This document shows, piece after piece, positions 31,222 through 43,685 of a stretch of DNA of 64,000 nt; within the stretch, counting starts at the first letter, position 1, and each line of letters opens with the position of its first letter. A program made the translations under genes and the position numbers. Source of the stretch: Polyangiaceae bacterium (GTDB lineage Bacteria; Myxococcota_A; Polyangia; Polyangiales; Polyangiaceae); the NCBI GenBank assembly GCA_044222475.1, contig JBGANF010000002.1, forward strand, positions 108,419 to 172,418, in the 5' to 3' direction. Below the pieces are notes generated by a model that saw only the letters and a list, made by a program, of their open reading frames with translations, was not told where the DNA came from and made no database searches.

Positions 31222-32235
31222 ATGCACGAGCTCGCGAAAGGCCTGATCGACGGAGACGTACGCTCGCTCGCGCGCGCGATGCGCTGCGTGGACGACCGCG
31301 TCGGCGGCGCGATCGAGATCCTCAAGGACGTCTTTCCCAAGACGGGACGAGCGTACGTCATCGGCGTGACCGGGAACCCAGGGGCAGGGAAGTCGACCCT
31401 CAGCGACCGGTTGATCGAGGGCTACCGCAAGCAGGGGAAGACGGTGGGCGTGCTCTGCGTCGATCCGTCGAGCCCTTACTCGGGCGGCGCGATCCTCGGC
31501 GATCGCATCCGCATGCAGCGCCACGCGACCGATCCCGGCGTCTTCATCCGCTCGGTCGCGACGCGCGGGCACCTCGGCGGGCTCTCGCGATCCGCGCGCG
31601 ACCTCGTGCGGCTGCTCGACGCGAGCGGCAGCGAGATCATCCTCGTCGAAACGGTCGGCGTCGGACAGGACGAGCTCGAGATCACGCGAACCGCCCACAC
31701 GACGCTCGTCGTGATGGCGCCGGGCATGGGCGACGAGGTCCAGGCGATCAAGGCGGGCCTCATGGAGAGCGCCGACGTGTTCGCGGTGAACAAAGCCGAT
31801 CGCGACGGCGCCGACGCGACGATCCGCGACATCGAGCTCATGATCGCGCTCGGCTCCGAGACGATGATCGCTGCGGGAAAGAACCGCGCTCACGTCGTGC
31901 ACGGATCCAGCGCCGGCACCCACGGCGCGACCGAGGTCGCGGGGACGTTCACCCCGCCGGTGGTGCGCTGCATCGCGACGCGCGGCGAGGGCGTGGCCGA
32001 CGTGCTGGCGGCGATCGAGAAGCACCGCGCGTGGCTCGAAGGTACCGAAGAGGGACGAGCACGCCGACGCGCGCGCCTCGGCGAAGAGGTCCGCGACGGT
32101 CTCCGCGAGGCGTTGATCGACGCGGCGGTCCACGATCTCGGAGCGGACATCCAGGCCGCGGTCGACGCCGTCGAATCGAAGGCGCTGGATCCCTACACCG
32201 CGACCGAGAAGCTCATCGAAAAATTTCGCGGCTGA
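31222..32235 (+). CDS. meaB: Methylmalonyl-CoA mutase-associated GTPase
   Basis: GVTGNPGAGKST, DPSSPYSGGAILGDRIRM, ETVGVGQDE, NKAD. Confidence 0.93.
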   Translation: MHELAKGLIDGDVRSLARAMRCVDDRVGGAIEILKDVFPKTGRAYVIGVTGNPGAGKSTLSDRLIEGYRKQGKTVGVLCVDPSSPYSGGAILGDRIRMQRHATDPGVFIRSVATRGHLGGLSRSARDLVRLLDASGSEIILVETVGVGQDELEITRTAHTTLVVMAPGMGDEVQAIKAGLMESADVFAVNKADRDGADATIRDIELMIALGSETMIAAGKNRAHVVHGSSAGTHGATEVAGTFTPPVVRCIATRGEGVADVLAAIEKHRAWLEGTEEGRARRRARLGEEVRDGLREALIDAAVHDLGADIQAAVDAVESKALDPYTATEKLIEKFRG

Positions 32236-32237
32236 CT

Positions 32238-33454
<1,217 letters not shown>

Positions 33455-33458
<4 letters not shown>

Positions 33459-35119
33459 CCGCTTCGCATGCGCTTGTAACGCCCGATGAGCCCGTTGGTC
33501 GATGCGTCATGGGTCGTCACTGCGCCGGGTCCCTCGAGCTCCGGCACGATCGCCTGCGCGAGCTGCTTGCCGAGCTCCACCCCCCACTGATCGAAGCTGT
33601 AGATGTTCCACACGATCCCCTGGACGAAGATCTTGTGCTCGTACGCTGCGATCAGCTGGCCGAGCGTGTGCGGCGTGAGCTGGGGCAGAAGGAACGAGCT
33701 CGTCGGCCGGTTGCCGGTGAACGTCTTGTGCGGGACGAGCGCGTCGATGCGCTCCTTCGGGAGCTTCTGCTTCTCGAGCTCGGCGCGGACCTCGGCCTCG
33801 GTCTTGCCCTTCATGAGCGCCTCCGTTTGGGCGAAGAAGTTCGCGAGGAGGAGCTCGTGGTGGCGCCCGATCGCGTTGTGGCTCTTCACCGACGCGATGA
33901 AGTCGCACGGGATCACGCGCGTGCCCTGATGGATCAGCTGGTAGAACGCGTGCTGTCCGTTCGTGCCCGGCTCGCCCCAGATCACCGGCCCGGTGTCGTA
34001 CGCGGTGATGCGGTTGCCCTGGCGGTCGACGCCCTTGCCGTTCGACTCCATGTCGCCCTGCTGGAAGTACGCCGCGAAGCGGTGGAGGTACTGGTCGTAC
34101 GGGAGGATCGCGTGGCTCTGCGCACCGAAGAAGTTGCCGTACCAGACGCCCAGCATGCCCATGATGGCCGGCAGGTTCTTCTCGAGCGGTGTCGTGCGGA
34201 AGTGCTCGTCCATCGCGTGACCGCCGGCGAGCAGCTCCTCGAAGCGGTCGTACCCGACGGTGAGGACGATCGAGAGGCCGATCGCGCTCCAGAGCGAGTA
34301 GCGACCGCCGACCCAGTCCCAAAATGGGAACATGTTGTCGGGGTCGATCCCGAACTTGGTGACCTCCTTCGCGTTGGTCGACAGGGCGACGAAGTGCTTG
34401 CGCACCGCGGTCGCGTCGGCGCCGAGCTTGCCGAGGAGCCACGCCTTCGCCGTCTCGGCGTTGGTCATCGTCTCTTGGGTGGTGAACGTCTTCGACGCGA
34501 CGATGAAGAGAGTGGTCGCCGGATCGAGGTCGCGCACCGTCTCGGCGAAGTGCGTCCCGTCCACGTTGGACACGAAGTGCGGCCGAATCGGCGACTCGCC
34601 GGCGCGACGGCCCTTCCAGTACGGGCGCAGCGCCTCGGTCACCATCACCGGCCCGAGATCGCTGCCGCCGATGCCGATGTTCACGACGTCGGTGATGCGC
34701 TTGCCGGTGTGACCGACCCACGAGCCGTCGTGGACCTTGCCGGCGAAGGCCTTCATCTTGGCGAGCACCGCGTTCACCTCGGGCATGACGTCTTTGCCGT
34801 CGACGAGGATCGGGCGGTTCGATCGGTTGCGCAGCGCGACGTGGAGCACCGCGCGGTCCTCGGTGCCGTTGAGCTTGCCCCCCGAGAACATCTGCTCGGC
34901 CGCTTCGGTGACCTTCTGCTGCGCCGCCAGCGCGAAGAGGAGCTTCATCGTGTCGGCCGTGACGCGGTGCTTCGAGTAGTCGAGGAACACGTCGCCCACC
35001 TCGATCGACAGCGCGTCGAACCGCTTCGAGTCCTTCGCGAAGAGGTCGCGGAGGTGCACGCCCTCCATCGTCTTCTTGTGGTCGGCGAGGGCGCGGAAGG
35101 CGGGGGAGTCCTGGAGCAT
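33455..35119 (-). CDS. pgi: Glucose-6-phosphate isomerase
   Basis: [54 protein letters not shown]. Confidence 0.97.
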
Positions 35120-35139
35120 GCGCCGCAGGATATCCGGTT

Positions 35140-36009
35140 TTACCGCGGACGTTGCCGGGGCGGTTTTCGGCCGATCTTCTCGGCTTTGCCGGCGCTGGGG
35201 CACAGCTCGGCGACGGGGCACGCCTTGCAGTCAGGCTTCTGCGCGTCGCAGATGCGGCGGCCGTGGAAGATGAGCACGTGGCTCGCGCGGTCCCACTGGT
35301 CGCGCGGGAGGAGCTTGCAGAGATCCTGCTCGATGTCGGCCGGGTCGGTGTTCTTCGTCCACCCGAGGCGCTGGCTGATGCGTTGGACGTGGGTGTCGAC
35401 GACGACGCCCTCGGGGTTGCCGAAGCACACGCCGAGGACGACGTTCGCGGTCTTGCGGCCGACGCCAGGGAGCTTCACGAGCTCGGGGAGCGTGCGGGGG
35501 ACTTGGCCGTCGTGATCGGCGACGAGCTTCTGGGAGAGCCCGACGAGGCTCTTCGACTTCTGGCGGAACATCCCGAGGCGGTTCACCAGCGCCTCGATCT
35601 CGAGCGTCGTCGCGGCGGCCATCGACTTCGCGTCGGGGTAGGCGGCGAAGAGGCCCGGGGTCACCTTGTTGACCATGACGTCGGTGCTCTGGGCCGAGAG
35701 CACGGTGGCGCAGAGGAGCTGAAACGGACTGGTGTGGTCCAACTCGCAATGAGCGTCGTGATGGTGAGCGGAGAGCTTCGCAAACGCTGCCAACGCCTGG
35801 TCCTTTGGTACCAGTTTGGGACGCCCTCTCGAAACCTTCTTCCCGTGAACGTGCCCGTGCCCGTGCCCGTGCCCGATCGACGAAGCTGCCAAATCGGAGC
35901 TCTTCCTCCTCAGGCTCTTCTTCGGCTTCGGCTCCGGCTTCGCCTCCACGGGCCCCGTGACTCGTGCACGGGCACGGGCACGTTCACGTTCACGGGGAAG
36001 AGACGACAT
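35140..36009 (-). CDS. nth: Endonuclease III with repeat-derived N-terminal extension
   Basis: [36 protein letters not shown]...C; ATG 36009 in a TGATG overlap with the gyrA stop; start uncertain. Confidence 0.9.
   Translation of the reverse strand: MSSLPRERERARARARVTGPVEAKPEPKPKKSLRRKSSDLAASSIGHGHGHGHVHGKKVSRGRPKLVPKDQALAAFAKLSAHHHDAHCELDHTSPFQLLCATVLSAQSTDVMVNKVTPGLFAAYPDAKSMAAATTLEIEALVNRLGMFRQKSKSLVGLSQKLVADHDGQVPRTLPELVKLPGVGRKTANVVLGVCFGNPEGVVVDTHVQRISQRLGWTKNTDPADIEQDLCKLLPRDQWDRASHVLIFHGRRICDAQKPDCKACPVAELCPSAGKAEKIGRKPPRQRPR
35841..35997. repeat. Inverted pair of hexamer-built REP/MITE-like arms (copy A)
   Basis: TCCCGTGAAC(GTGCCC)4GATCGA at 35841-35880; reverse-oriented TCCCCGTGAACGTGAACGTGCCCGTGCCCGTGCACGA at 35961-35997. 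Confidence 0.85.
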
Positions 36010-38672
36010 CAGTTCAGTGCGCCGTTCGTCCCGCCGTCGTCGTTGCCCGACGGGGGAATGCTGCTCCCCTCGGGCGGGGGCGGCGTCATGCTGTCACCCG
36101 GCGGGGCTTCGCTGAGCCCGGTGCCTTCGGCGGACTCGGCGAGCCGCTCGACCGAGGTCACGCGCTCGTCGCCTTCGACGTTCATCACGCGGACGCCCTG
36201 TGCGTTGCGACCGGTCTCTCGGATCTCGGCCACGCGCGTGCGCAGCGTCTGCCCCTTGTCGGTGATCATCATCACCTCGTCGTTCTCGGCGACGAGCTTG
36301 ATGTCGACCACCGGTCCGTTGCGATCGCTCGCGTCGATGAGGATGATCCCCTTGCCGCCGCGGTTCTGCGTGCGGAACTCGTCGATGAGGGTGCGCTTCC
36401 CGAAGCCCTTCTCGCAGAGGGCGAGGACGTACGGGCGCGCCGGATCGCTCATGCCGAGGCCGACGACCGCGTCGCCCTCGGACAGCTCGATGCCCTTCAC
36501 GCCGACGGTCGCGCGGCCCATCGCGCGGACCTGGTCCTCGGGGAAGCGGATCGACTGGCCTTGCTTCGTCGCGATGAGGATCTCGCGCTTGCCGTCGGTG
36601 AGCACCGCGCCGAGGAGCAGGTCGCCGTCCTCGATCTTGACGCCGATGATGCCCTTCTCGCGGAAGTTCTCGTACTCGTCGAGCTCGGTCTTCTTGATGA
36701 TGCCGTTGCGGGTGAGCGTGACGACGAAGCGGCCCTTCTCGATCCTCGGCACCTCGACGATGGCGGCGACCTTCTCGCCGGCTTCCATCCCGACGAAGTT
36801 GACGATCGCTCGCCCCTTCGAGATGCGCGTGCCCTCGGGGATCTCGTAGACCTTCTTCACGTAGACCTTGCCGCGGTCGGAGAAGAAGAAGACGTAGGCG
36901 TGCGTCGACGCGACGAAGAGCTGCGTGACGAAATCCTCGTCGCGAGCTTCCATCCCGAGTTTGCCCTTGCCGCCGCGCTTCTGCGCTCGGTAGGTGCTCG
37001 TGCTCGTGCGCTTGATGTAGCCGGCGTGCGAGATCGTGACGACCATGTCCTCTTCTTGGATGAGGTCCTCGGTCGTGATCTCGGCCTCGGCGGCGACGAT
37101 CTCGGTGCGGCGCTTGTCGGAGAACTTGGTCCGAATCTCCTCGAGCTCCATCACGATGACGTTGAGGAGGACCTTCTCGTCCGCGAGGATGAGCCGCAGG
37201 CGCGCGATCTCGACGCACAGCTCGCCGTACTCCGCCGCGAGCTTCTCGATCTCGAGGCCGGTGAGCTTCGACAGCCGCATCTCGAGGATGGCCTTCGCTT
37301 GGCGGTCGGAGAGGGTGTACGGGTTCTTCTTCTTCGCGAGCTCGATCTCTTCGGCGGGTCGACCGGCGCGGCGCACGAACGACTCGAGCCCGGCCAGCGG
37401 GAGCGCCATGAGCTTGATCTTCGCTTCTTCGGCGTCGCGCGACTCGCGGATGGTCTTGATGATGAGGTCGGTCTCGGTGATGGCCATCCCGAGGCCTTCG
37501 ACGATCTCGCGCGTGGCCTCGGCCTGGCGGAGCTCGTAGCGCGTCCTGCGGGTCACGACCTCTTTGCGGTGGTCGATGAAGCAGGCGAGCGTCTCTTTCA
37601 GGTTCATCACCTTCGGCCGGTTGCCGAGGATGGCGAGGTTGATGACGCCGAACGTCGATTGGAGGTCGGTCTGGCGGTAGAGCTGGTTGATCACGACCTG
37701 AGGCATCGCGTCCTTCTTCAGCTCGATGACGAGGCGGATGCCCTCGCGATCGCTCTCGTCGCGGGCCTCGGCGATGCCCTCGATCTTCTTCTCGCGCATG
37801 AGCTCGCCGATGCGGCTGTGCACGCGGGCCTTGTTCACCTGGTACGGGATCTCGGTGACGACGATCTGCTCGCGGTCGGCCTTGCCCTGCGTCTTCTCGA
37901 CGATCATGCGAGCGCGCATGATGATCGTGCCGCGGCCGGTGAGGTACGCCTGCTCGATGCCGCTCCTGCCGTAGATGAGGCCGGCGGTCGGGAAGTCCGG
38001 GCCTTGCACGAACCGCATGAGATCGGCGATGTGCGCGTCCGGGTTGCGGACGAGGTGCACCGTCGCGTCGAGGATCTCGCCGAGGTTGTGGGGCGGGATG
38101 TTGGTCGCCATGCCGACGGCGATGCCGCCGGTGCCGTTGACGAGGAGGTTCGGGATGCGCGACGGGAGGACGGTGGGCTCCTCCTTCGAGTCGTCGAAGT
38201 TGGGGATGAAGTCGACGCACTCCTTCTCGATGTCGTTGAGGAGCTCCATCGCGATCTTCGCGAGGCGCGCCTCGGTGTAGCGGTAGGCGGCCGCCGGATC
38301 GCCGTCGACCGAGCCGTAGTTGCCCTGGCCCTCGATGAGCGGGTACCGCATCGAGAAGTCCTGCGCGAGGCGGACCATGGCGTCGTAGACGCTGGCGTCA
38401 CCGTGCGGGTGGTACTTGCCGAGCACGTCGCCGACGATGGTCGCGCTCTTGCGGAACGCCGACCCGGGGACGAGGCCCGCCTGGTAGGCGGCGTACAGGA
38501 TCCGCCGGTGAACCGGCTTCAGACCGTCGCGCGCGTCGGGGATGGCGCGACCGATGATCACGCTCATCGCGTAATCGAGGTAGCTGGTTCGCATCTCGTC
38601 GGAGATGCTCACCGGGACCTTCTGATTGGGGTTCGTCGGCGTGGGCGGGGTCGGGGGCGTTTCGTTCGACAT
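36009..38672 (-). CDS. gyrA: DNA gyrase subunit A
   Basis: [15 protein letters not shown], catalytic AAYRYTE, GyrA-box QKRGGKG. Confidence 0.97.
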   Translation of the reverse strand: MSNETPPTPPTPTNPNQKVPVSISDEMRTSYLDYAMSVIIGRAIPDARDGLKPVHRRILYAAYQAGLVPGSAFRKSATIVGDVLGKYHPHGDASVYDAMVRLAQDFSMRYPLIEGQGNYGSVDGDPAAAYRYTEARLAKIAMELLNDIEKECVDFIPNFDDSKEEPTVLPSRIPNLLVNGTGGIAVGMATNIPPHNLGEILDATVHLVRNPDAHIADLMRFVQGPDFPTAGLIYGRSGIEQAYLTGRGTIIMRARMIVEKTQGKADREQIVVTEIPYQVNKARVHSRIGELMREKKIEGIAEARDESDREGIRLVIELKKDAMPQVVINQLYRQTDLQSTFGVINLAILGNRPKVMNLKETLACFIDHRKEVVTRRTRYELRQAEATREIVEGLGMAITETDLIIKTIRESRDAEEAKIKLMALPLAGLESFVRRAGRPAEEIELAKKKNPYTLSDRQAKAILEMRLSKLTGLEIEKLAAEYGELCVEIARLRLILADEKVLLNVIVMELEEIRTKFSDKRRTEIVAAEAEITTEDLIQEEDMVVTISHAGYIKRTSTSTYRAQKRGGKGKLGMEARDEDFVTQLFVASTHAYVFFFSDRGKVYVKKVYEIPEGTRISKGRAIVNFVGMEAGEKVAAIVEVPRIEKGRFVVTLTRNGIIKKTELDEYENFREKGIIGVKIEDGDLLLGAVLTDGKREILIATKQGQSIRFPEDQVRAMGRATVGVKGIELSEGDAVVGLGMSDPARPYVLALCEKGFGKRTLIDEFRTQNRGGKGIILIDASDRNGPVVDIKLVAENDEVMMITDKGQTLRTRVAEIRETGRNAQGVRVMNVEGDERVTSVERLAESAEGTGLSEAPPGDSMTPPPPEGSSIPPSGNDDGGTNGALN

Positions 38673-38755
38673 GGCTCGAAAATCCGAGCGGCTTGTCTAC
38701 TACAGCGCCCCCTCTGGAGCTACCCCCATCGGCCGACGCGGCGGCCGTAGCGCCG

Positions 38756-39607
38756 TCACTTCTTCTCGATCTTTTCCAGCCGTTTCATGATCTCGGCGTG
38801 CATGTGGTCGATCTTCTCGTGCATGTGCGCGATCTGGAGCTCGGCCTTGACGTTCACCCCGAACTCGATGTCGTTTCGGCGCTTGTCGCGCTCGGCCTGA
38901 CGGTTCGCGCTCAGGAGAACGAACACCGAGAGGAAGATGGCCTCGAGCGAGACGACCATCGTGAGGAGGCCGAACGGGAACGGATCGAAGCCACCCGCGC
39001 TCGTGTTCACGAGCGGCTTCACGTTGAGGATGATCCAGACGAAGAAGAGCCCGGCGTGGATGAAGAGAAAGTTCATGCTGCCGGAGAACGCCGCGATCCA
39101 GTCGGCGACCTTGAGCACCAGCGTGCGGTTGTCGGTCTCCTCTTCGTTCGCGTTGCGGGACGCGGTGTGCCGGAGGAGCTTCGAGTTCTCGCGCAAGCGG
39201 CGCCCGGTCGCGGCGAGGAAGTCCAGCGCGGCGTGCGGCTTGATGCGGAAGAACTCGTCGAGGTCGCCGCGATCGACGACGAGGGCCTGGATGTCCTCGA
39301 TCACGATCGCCGACGCGGTTCGCGCGCCCCCGTCGAGCAACGAGATCTCACCGAAGAAGTCGCCCTCGCGGGCGACCTCGAGGACGATCTTGTCGCCGGT
39401 GTCGTTCTTGAAGGAGATCTCGACCACGCCGTCGAGCACGACGTAGAGCGAGTCGCCGGGGTCGCCGTAGTTGAAGAGAACGTCCTTCGCCTTGGCTTTG
39501 ACGACGTCGACGCGCTCGGCGAGCGCGGCACGCTCGGTGTCGTCGAGGAGCGAAAAGAGGGGGACTTTGGAGAGCGCAGCGCTCTTGTCGACGTCGTCTT
39601 CGGACAC
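38756..39607 (-). CDS. Cyclic-nucleotide-binding domain + DUF1003 membrane protein
   Basis: GDPGDSLYVV..G.V, GDFFGEISLLDGGARTA; ADWIAAFSGS..F, FDPFPFGLL, SANRQ. Confidence 0.88.
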   Translation of the reverse strand: MSEDDVDKSAALSKVPLFSLLDDTERAALAERVDVVKAKAKDVLFNYGDPGDSLYVVLDGVVEISFKNDTGDKIVLEVAREGDFFGEISLLDGGARTASAIVIEDIQALVVDRGDLDEFFRIKPHAALDFLAATGRRLRENSKLLRHTASRNANEEETDNRTLVLKVADWIAAFSGSMNFLFIHAGLFFVWIILNVKPLVNTSAGGFDPFPFGLLTMVVSLEAIFLSVFVLLSANRQAERDKRRNDIEFGVNVKAELQIAHMHEKIDHMHAEIMKRLEKIEKK

Positions 39608-39674
39608 GTAGGCCTCCCGGTAGCGCGCCCGAGTCACGGGCGACGATGCAGGTTCGGCTAACGAACCGAATCCG

Positions 39675-42071
39675 TCAACCCGGGCGTTGCTCGACGAGAA
39701 AGTCGAGGATGTCCTTCGCGACGGCCTTGCGCATGCCGCCGGTATCGGCAGGTCCGACGCAGGTGGGGCAACCCTGAGGGCACTCGCATCGCGCCACGTG
39801 ATGGGCGGCTCGACGAACGAGCTCCTCGCGCAGCGCGAAGATGCGCTCGGCGAGCCCGGTCCCGCCGGGGACGTGCTCGTAGATGAACAGCGTCGGCGTG
39901 TAGCCCTGCGCGCGCGCGTGCGAGCCCTTGCCGGCGCGCGGAGCGGGCGACGGATCGGCTTCGCCGGTGCCGTCGTCGCCGAGGGCGGTGCCGAGGTCGC
40001 GCGGCTCGCACATGAGCGCGAGCGTCGCCACCGTCTCGAGGGCGAGGCCGACTCCGCGGAGGCCATCGATCACCGCGGCGCGACCGGCGGGATGCTCGGC
40101 GCACCAGCTCTCGGGCAACGTGAGCCACGCAGCCGTGGTGTGCATCTGCATCTCGGGCAGGTGCACGTCGCCGTAGCCGCTGTTCTCGTGGGTCTGGAAC
40201 TTGATCTTCTTGTAGCCCACGACCTTCTCGACGACCGAAATCTCACCCCAGCTGAAGGTGGGCAGTACCAGACTGGGACGAGACTGGTCTTCGACTTCGA
40301 GGACGGAGATCTGGGTGTAGGTCATCGCGTCGGTGAAGTAGTCGGGCTTCACCTTGCGCACGTAGGCCTTGTGGTTCTCGTAGTCGAACCTCTCGACCTG
40401 CCAGGTTTCGCCGTCGTGTTGGTAGATGGCCTGCTCGTGGAGCATCGTGTGGGCGCCGCGCCAGTCGAGCTCGGCCAAGGTCTTGTCGTGCTCCTGATCG
40501 ATGATGACGACGTTGTCCCAGCCGATGGACCGCAGCGAGACCGAGTTCGCCGGGTACGCGTCGGCCGCCCAGTGGAACGTGCCCTTCGCCTCGTGGAGGA
40601 CGTGGTGGCGGGCGAGGAAGCGCAGCGCGTCTTCCGTCTCGACGGCGCCGAGGCTGCCGAACGCGTCGCCGACGCGGAACGGCATCTCGAACGCGGCGCA
40701 CTTCAGGTGTTGCACGAGGATCTCGACGTTGTCGGGATCGATGCGGGCCTCTTCGACGGCCGCGCCGAGGAGGAACTCCGGCTCGCGGGCGAGGTACTGA
40801 TCGAGCGGAGCGCTCGAGGCGACGAGCACGCAGAGCGATAGCGCGCCGCGGCGTCCCGCCCGCCCGAACCGCTGCCACATCCCCGCGACCGATCCCGGGT
40901 ACGCCGCGCAGATCACGGCGTCGAGGTTGCCGATGTCGATGCCGAGCTCGAGCGCGTTCGTCGCGACGACGGCGAGGATGTCGCCATCGCGGAGCCGCCG
41001 CTCGATGTCGCGCCGCGTCTCCGGGAGGTAGCCGCCGCGGTACGCCATGATCCGCGACGCGTCGATCTCGCCGGCGACCTTTTCGCGGAGGTACCGCAGC
41101 ATGATCTCGACCGAGTTGCGCGAGCCGCCGAAGATGATCGTGGGGACCTTGGCGCGCACGAGATCGGCGGCGAGCATGACCGCCTGCTTCACGTAGCTCG
41201 CGCGGATCCCGAGCTCGGCGTTGACGACCGGCGGGTTGAAGAGGAAGAACTTTCGCTCGCCCTGAGGTGCGCCGTTCTCGTCCACGAGGACCACGTCCTC
41301 TTCGTCGACGCCGAAGAGACGCGCGGCGTGCTCGCGCGGGTTGCCGATCGTCGCCGTGGCGCCGAGTAGCTTCGGCCTCGCGCCGTGGAAGCGCGCGACG
41401 CGCATCAGCCGGCGGATCACGTTCGCGACCTGCGAACCGAAGACGCCTTTGTACATGTGGAGCTCGTCGACGACGACGTACTCGAGGTGCTGGAACGTGC
41501 GCGCCCAGCTGGCGTGATGGGGCAGGACGCCGGTGTGGAGCATGTCCGGGTTGGTCACGATGATCCCGGACCGCTCGCGCGCGGCGCGCCGCGCGTCCGC
41601 CGGAGTGTCGCCGTCGTACGTGACGACGCCGCAGCGCATGCCGGCTGCGTCCATGAGCTCGCGCAGGCTCGCTTCCTGATCGCGCGCGAGCGCCTTCGTC
41701 GGGAAGAAGTAGAGCGCGCGCGCGTCGGGCTCCTCGAGCATCTTCTGGAGGACCGGCAGGTGGAAGCAGAGGCTCTTGCCGCTCGCGGTCGGCGTGGCCA
41801 CGACGAGCGACTTCGCGTCGCGGTTGGTCATGGCATCGAACGCGCGGGCTTGGTGATCGTAGAGCTCCGTCACGCCCCGGGAGCGCAGCGCGGCGGCGAG
41901 CTCGGGGCGCAGGTTCGCCGGGAACGGCCGCACCTTGGCCGGCCGGTCCAGGTAGGCCTTCTCGGCGGCGAGGCACGGCTTGACGTAGTTGCTGGCGAGC
42001 CATCGATCGAGCACGCCCTCGATGCCCTGATCGCCCTGCCAAGGGGCTCGTTTCCGGGGTAGCGCCGTCAT
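39675..42071 (-). CDS. DEAD/DEAH-box helicase with C-terminal DUF1998 (MrfA/Hrq1-like)
   Basis: TPTASGKS, FPTKALA, DELH, TNALELGIDIG, QRFGRAGR; Cys cluster MCEPRD...CECPQGCPTC. Confidence 0.9.
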   Translation of the reverse strand: MTALPRKRAPWQGDQGIEGVLDRWLASNYVKPCLAAEKAYLDRPAKVRPFPANLRPELAAALRSRGVTELYDHQARAFDAMTNRDAKSLVVATPTASGKSLCFHLPVLQKMLEEPDARALYFFPTKALARDQEASLRELMDAAGMRCGVVTYDGDTPADARRAARERSGIIVTNPDMLHTGVLPHHASWARTFQHLEYVVVDELHMYKGVFGSQVANVIRRLMRVARFHGARPKLLGATATIGNPREHAARLFGVDEEDVVLVDENGAPQGERKFFLFNPPVVNAELGIRASYVKQAVMLAADLVRAKVPTIIFGGSRNSVEIMLRYLREKVAGEIDASRIMAYRGGYLPETRRDIERRLRDGDILAVVATNALELGIDIGNLDAVICAAYPGSVAGMWQRFGRAGRRGALSLCVLVASSAPLDQYLAREPEFLLGAAVEEARIDPDNVEILVQHLKCAAFEMPFRVGDAFGSLGAVETEDALRFLARHHVLHEAKGTFHWAADAYPANSVSLRSIGWDNVVIIDQEHDKTLAELDWRGAHTMLHEQAIYQHDGETWQVERFDYENHKAYVRKVKPDYFTDAMTYTQISVLEVEDQSRPSLVLPTFSWGEISVVEKVVGYKKIKFQTHENSGYGDVHLPEMQMHTTAAWLTLPESWCAEHPAGRAAVIDGLRGVGLALETVATLALMCEPRDLGTALGDDGTGEADPSPAPRAGKGSHARAQGYTPTLFIYEHVPGGTGLAERIFALREELVRRAAHHVARCECPQGCPTCVGPADTGGMRKAVAKDILDFLVEQRPG

Positions 42072-42182
42072 GGTGACCGATACTAAACGGATGTACCGTG
42101 GACGTCACCCTCTTCGTCCTTGGCAGCCGGCTAACCAATTTTCGTGGGCCGGCTCCCGGGCCCGCGGGGTAGGCTTTTTTCC

Positions 42183-43637
42183 ATGCGAAATGAGCGAGCG
42201 GTTGCCAGCGTGGGGGTGGCCCTCCTCCTCGCGTCGTGGAGCGCCGACGCACTCGCCAAGGACGTCCCGGTCGGCACCGCGACCGAGCTCACGAGCGCCA
42301 TCGCGGCCGCCCAACCGGGCGACCGGATCATCCTCGCCGACGGCACCTACGCGCTGACCAACAACGTCAACTGCAGCGCCGTGGGGACGGCCCAGGCTCC
42401 GATCACCGTCGTCGCGAAGAACCCGCTCGCCGCGAAGATCACGTTCAACGCCCTCGAGGGCTTCAAGGTCAACGGCCCCTACTGGCACTTCGAAGGCCTC
42501 GACGTGAAGGGCATCTGCCCCAACGACTCCGACTGCGAGCACGCGTTCCACGTGAGCGGCGCCGCGAAGTTCTTCTCGCTCCGCCTCTCGCGGGTCGTCG
42601 ACTTCAACGCCCAAATCAAGGTGAACGCGAACCAGATCGCGACCGTCTGGACCACCCCGGACGACGGGCTCGTCGAAGGCAACGAGTTCTTCGACACCAA
42701 GGCGCGCAACACGTCGAACCCGACCACCAAGATCAACATCGACACCGGCGACCGGTGGATCGTCCGCGCGAACTACATCCACGACTACCAGAAGGGCGGG
42801 GGAGACGGCGTGAGCTACGCCGCGTTCATGAAGAGCGGCGGCAAGGCCGGCACGTTCGAGCGCAACCTCGTCGTCTGCGCCAAGGACTTCACCGGGGGCA
42901 CGCGCATCGGGCTCTCGTTCGGCGGCGGCGGCACGGCGAACCAGTTCTGCGCGCCCGCGTACGACGTGAACACCCCGTGCGATCCCGAGCACGAAGGCGG
43001 CACGATGCGGAACAACATCATCGCGAGCTGCTCCGACGTCGGCATCTACTTGAACAAGGCGAAGAACACGAAGGTGCTCTTCAACACCCTCATCGCGACG
43101 AGCGGCATCGACTTCCGCTTCGCGTCCACCACCGGCGTCGCCGTCGGCAACGTGCTCGACGGCAAGATCCGCCCGCGCGACGGCGGGACGTTCACCGGGA
43201 GCGAGAACCTCGAGAGCTTCGGGTCGTTCGCGGCGCTCTACCAAGCGCCGCTCGTGGGCGACCTGCGCAAGAAGGGCGACCTCTCGGCGCTGCTCGGCAA
43301 AGGCACCGCTCGGCCCGATGTACCGAACGACTACTGCTCGCGCACGCGGACTGGAGCATACGACTTGGGTGCGCTCCAAGCGTCGCTCGGCGATTGCGTC
43401 ACGGTCCCCCCGCCGCTTGGAACGCCGACGCCGCCGGTCGACGATGGAGGCGTCGTTCCTGGTGACGGTGGCGGGGTTCCGCCCGGGAGCGACGGCGGAC
43501 CGAACGGCGTGAATCCCACGAACGAGTCCGGGTGTGGCTGTGTCACGGGAGCGGGAGCGGGAGGGGGAGCGGGAGCGGGCGGAGTTGCCGTCCTCGGCCT
43601 GGCGATTCTGTTCGTTCGGCGGCGGCGACGCCGCTGA
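42183..43637 (+). CDS. Secreted parallel beta-helix (chondroitinase-B-like) protein with MYXO-CTERM-type tail
   Basis: AIAAAQPGDRIILADGTY, PITVVA; C-terminal SGCGC...hydrophobic...RRRRRR. Confidence 0.85.
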   Translation: MRNERAVASVGVALLLASWSADALAKDVPVGTATELTSAIAAAQPGDRIILADGTYALTNNVNCSAVGTAQAPITVVAKNPLAAKITFNALEGFKVNGPYWHFEGLDVKGICPNDSDCEHAFHVSGAAKFFSLRLSRVVDFNAQIKVNANQIATVWTTPDDGLVEGNEFFDTKARNTSNPTTKINIDTGDRWIVRANYIHDYQKGGGDGVSYAAFMKSGGKAGTFERNLVVCAKDFTGGTRIGLSFGGGGTANQFCAPAYDVNTPCDPEHEGGTMRNNIIASCSDVGIYLNKAKNTKVLFNTLIATSGIDFRFASTTGVAVGNVLDGKIRPRDGGTFTGSENLESFGSFAALYQAPLVGDLRKKGDLSALLGKGTARPDVPNDYCSRTRTGAYDLGALQASLGDCVTVPPPLGTPTPPVDDGGVVPGDGGGVPPGSDGGPNGVNPTNESGCGCVTGAGAGGGAGAGGVAVLGLAILFVRRRRRR

Positions 43638-43685
43638 TTTCCTAGCGATGACGAGGGCTCCGTGGTAGCCCTCCCACGCCTGTCC

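Noticed and set aside
35964..38750. 928-aa plus-strand ORF and similar long ORFs (e.g. 42105..45074, 4015..6243, 33509..35515, 12832..14421)
   Set aside because: Antisense or alternate-frame shadows of well-supported genes, expected in high-GC DNA; no recognisable motifs
39675..42071. DUF1998 helicase as DISARM or Druantia defence component
   Set aside because: No methylase, DrmA/DrmD or other defence partners adjacent; the single-chain form fits MrfA/Hrq1-type repair helicases
43543..43580. GGGAGC hexamer run
   Set aside because: Encodes the Gly/Ala linker of the MYXO-CTERM-type tail; different unit from the GTGCCC family and no inverted partner seen
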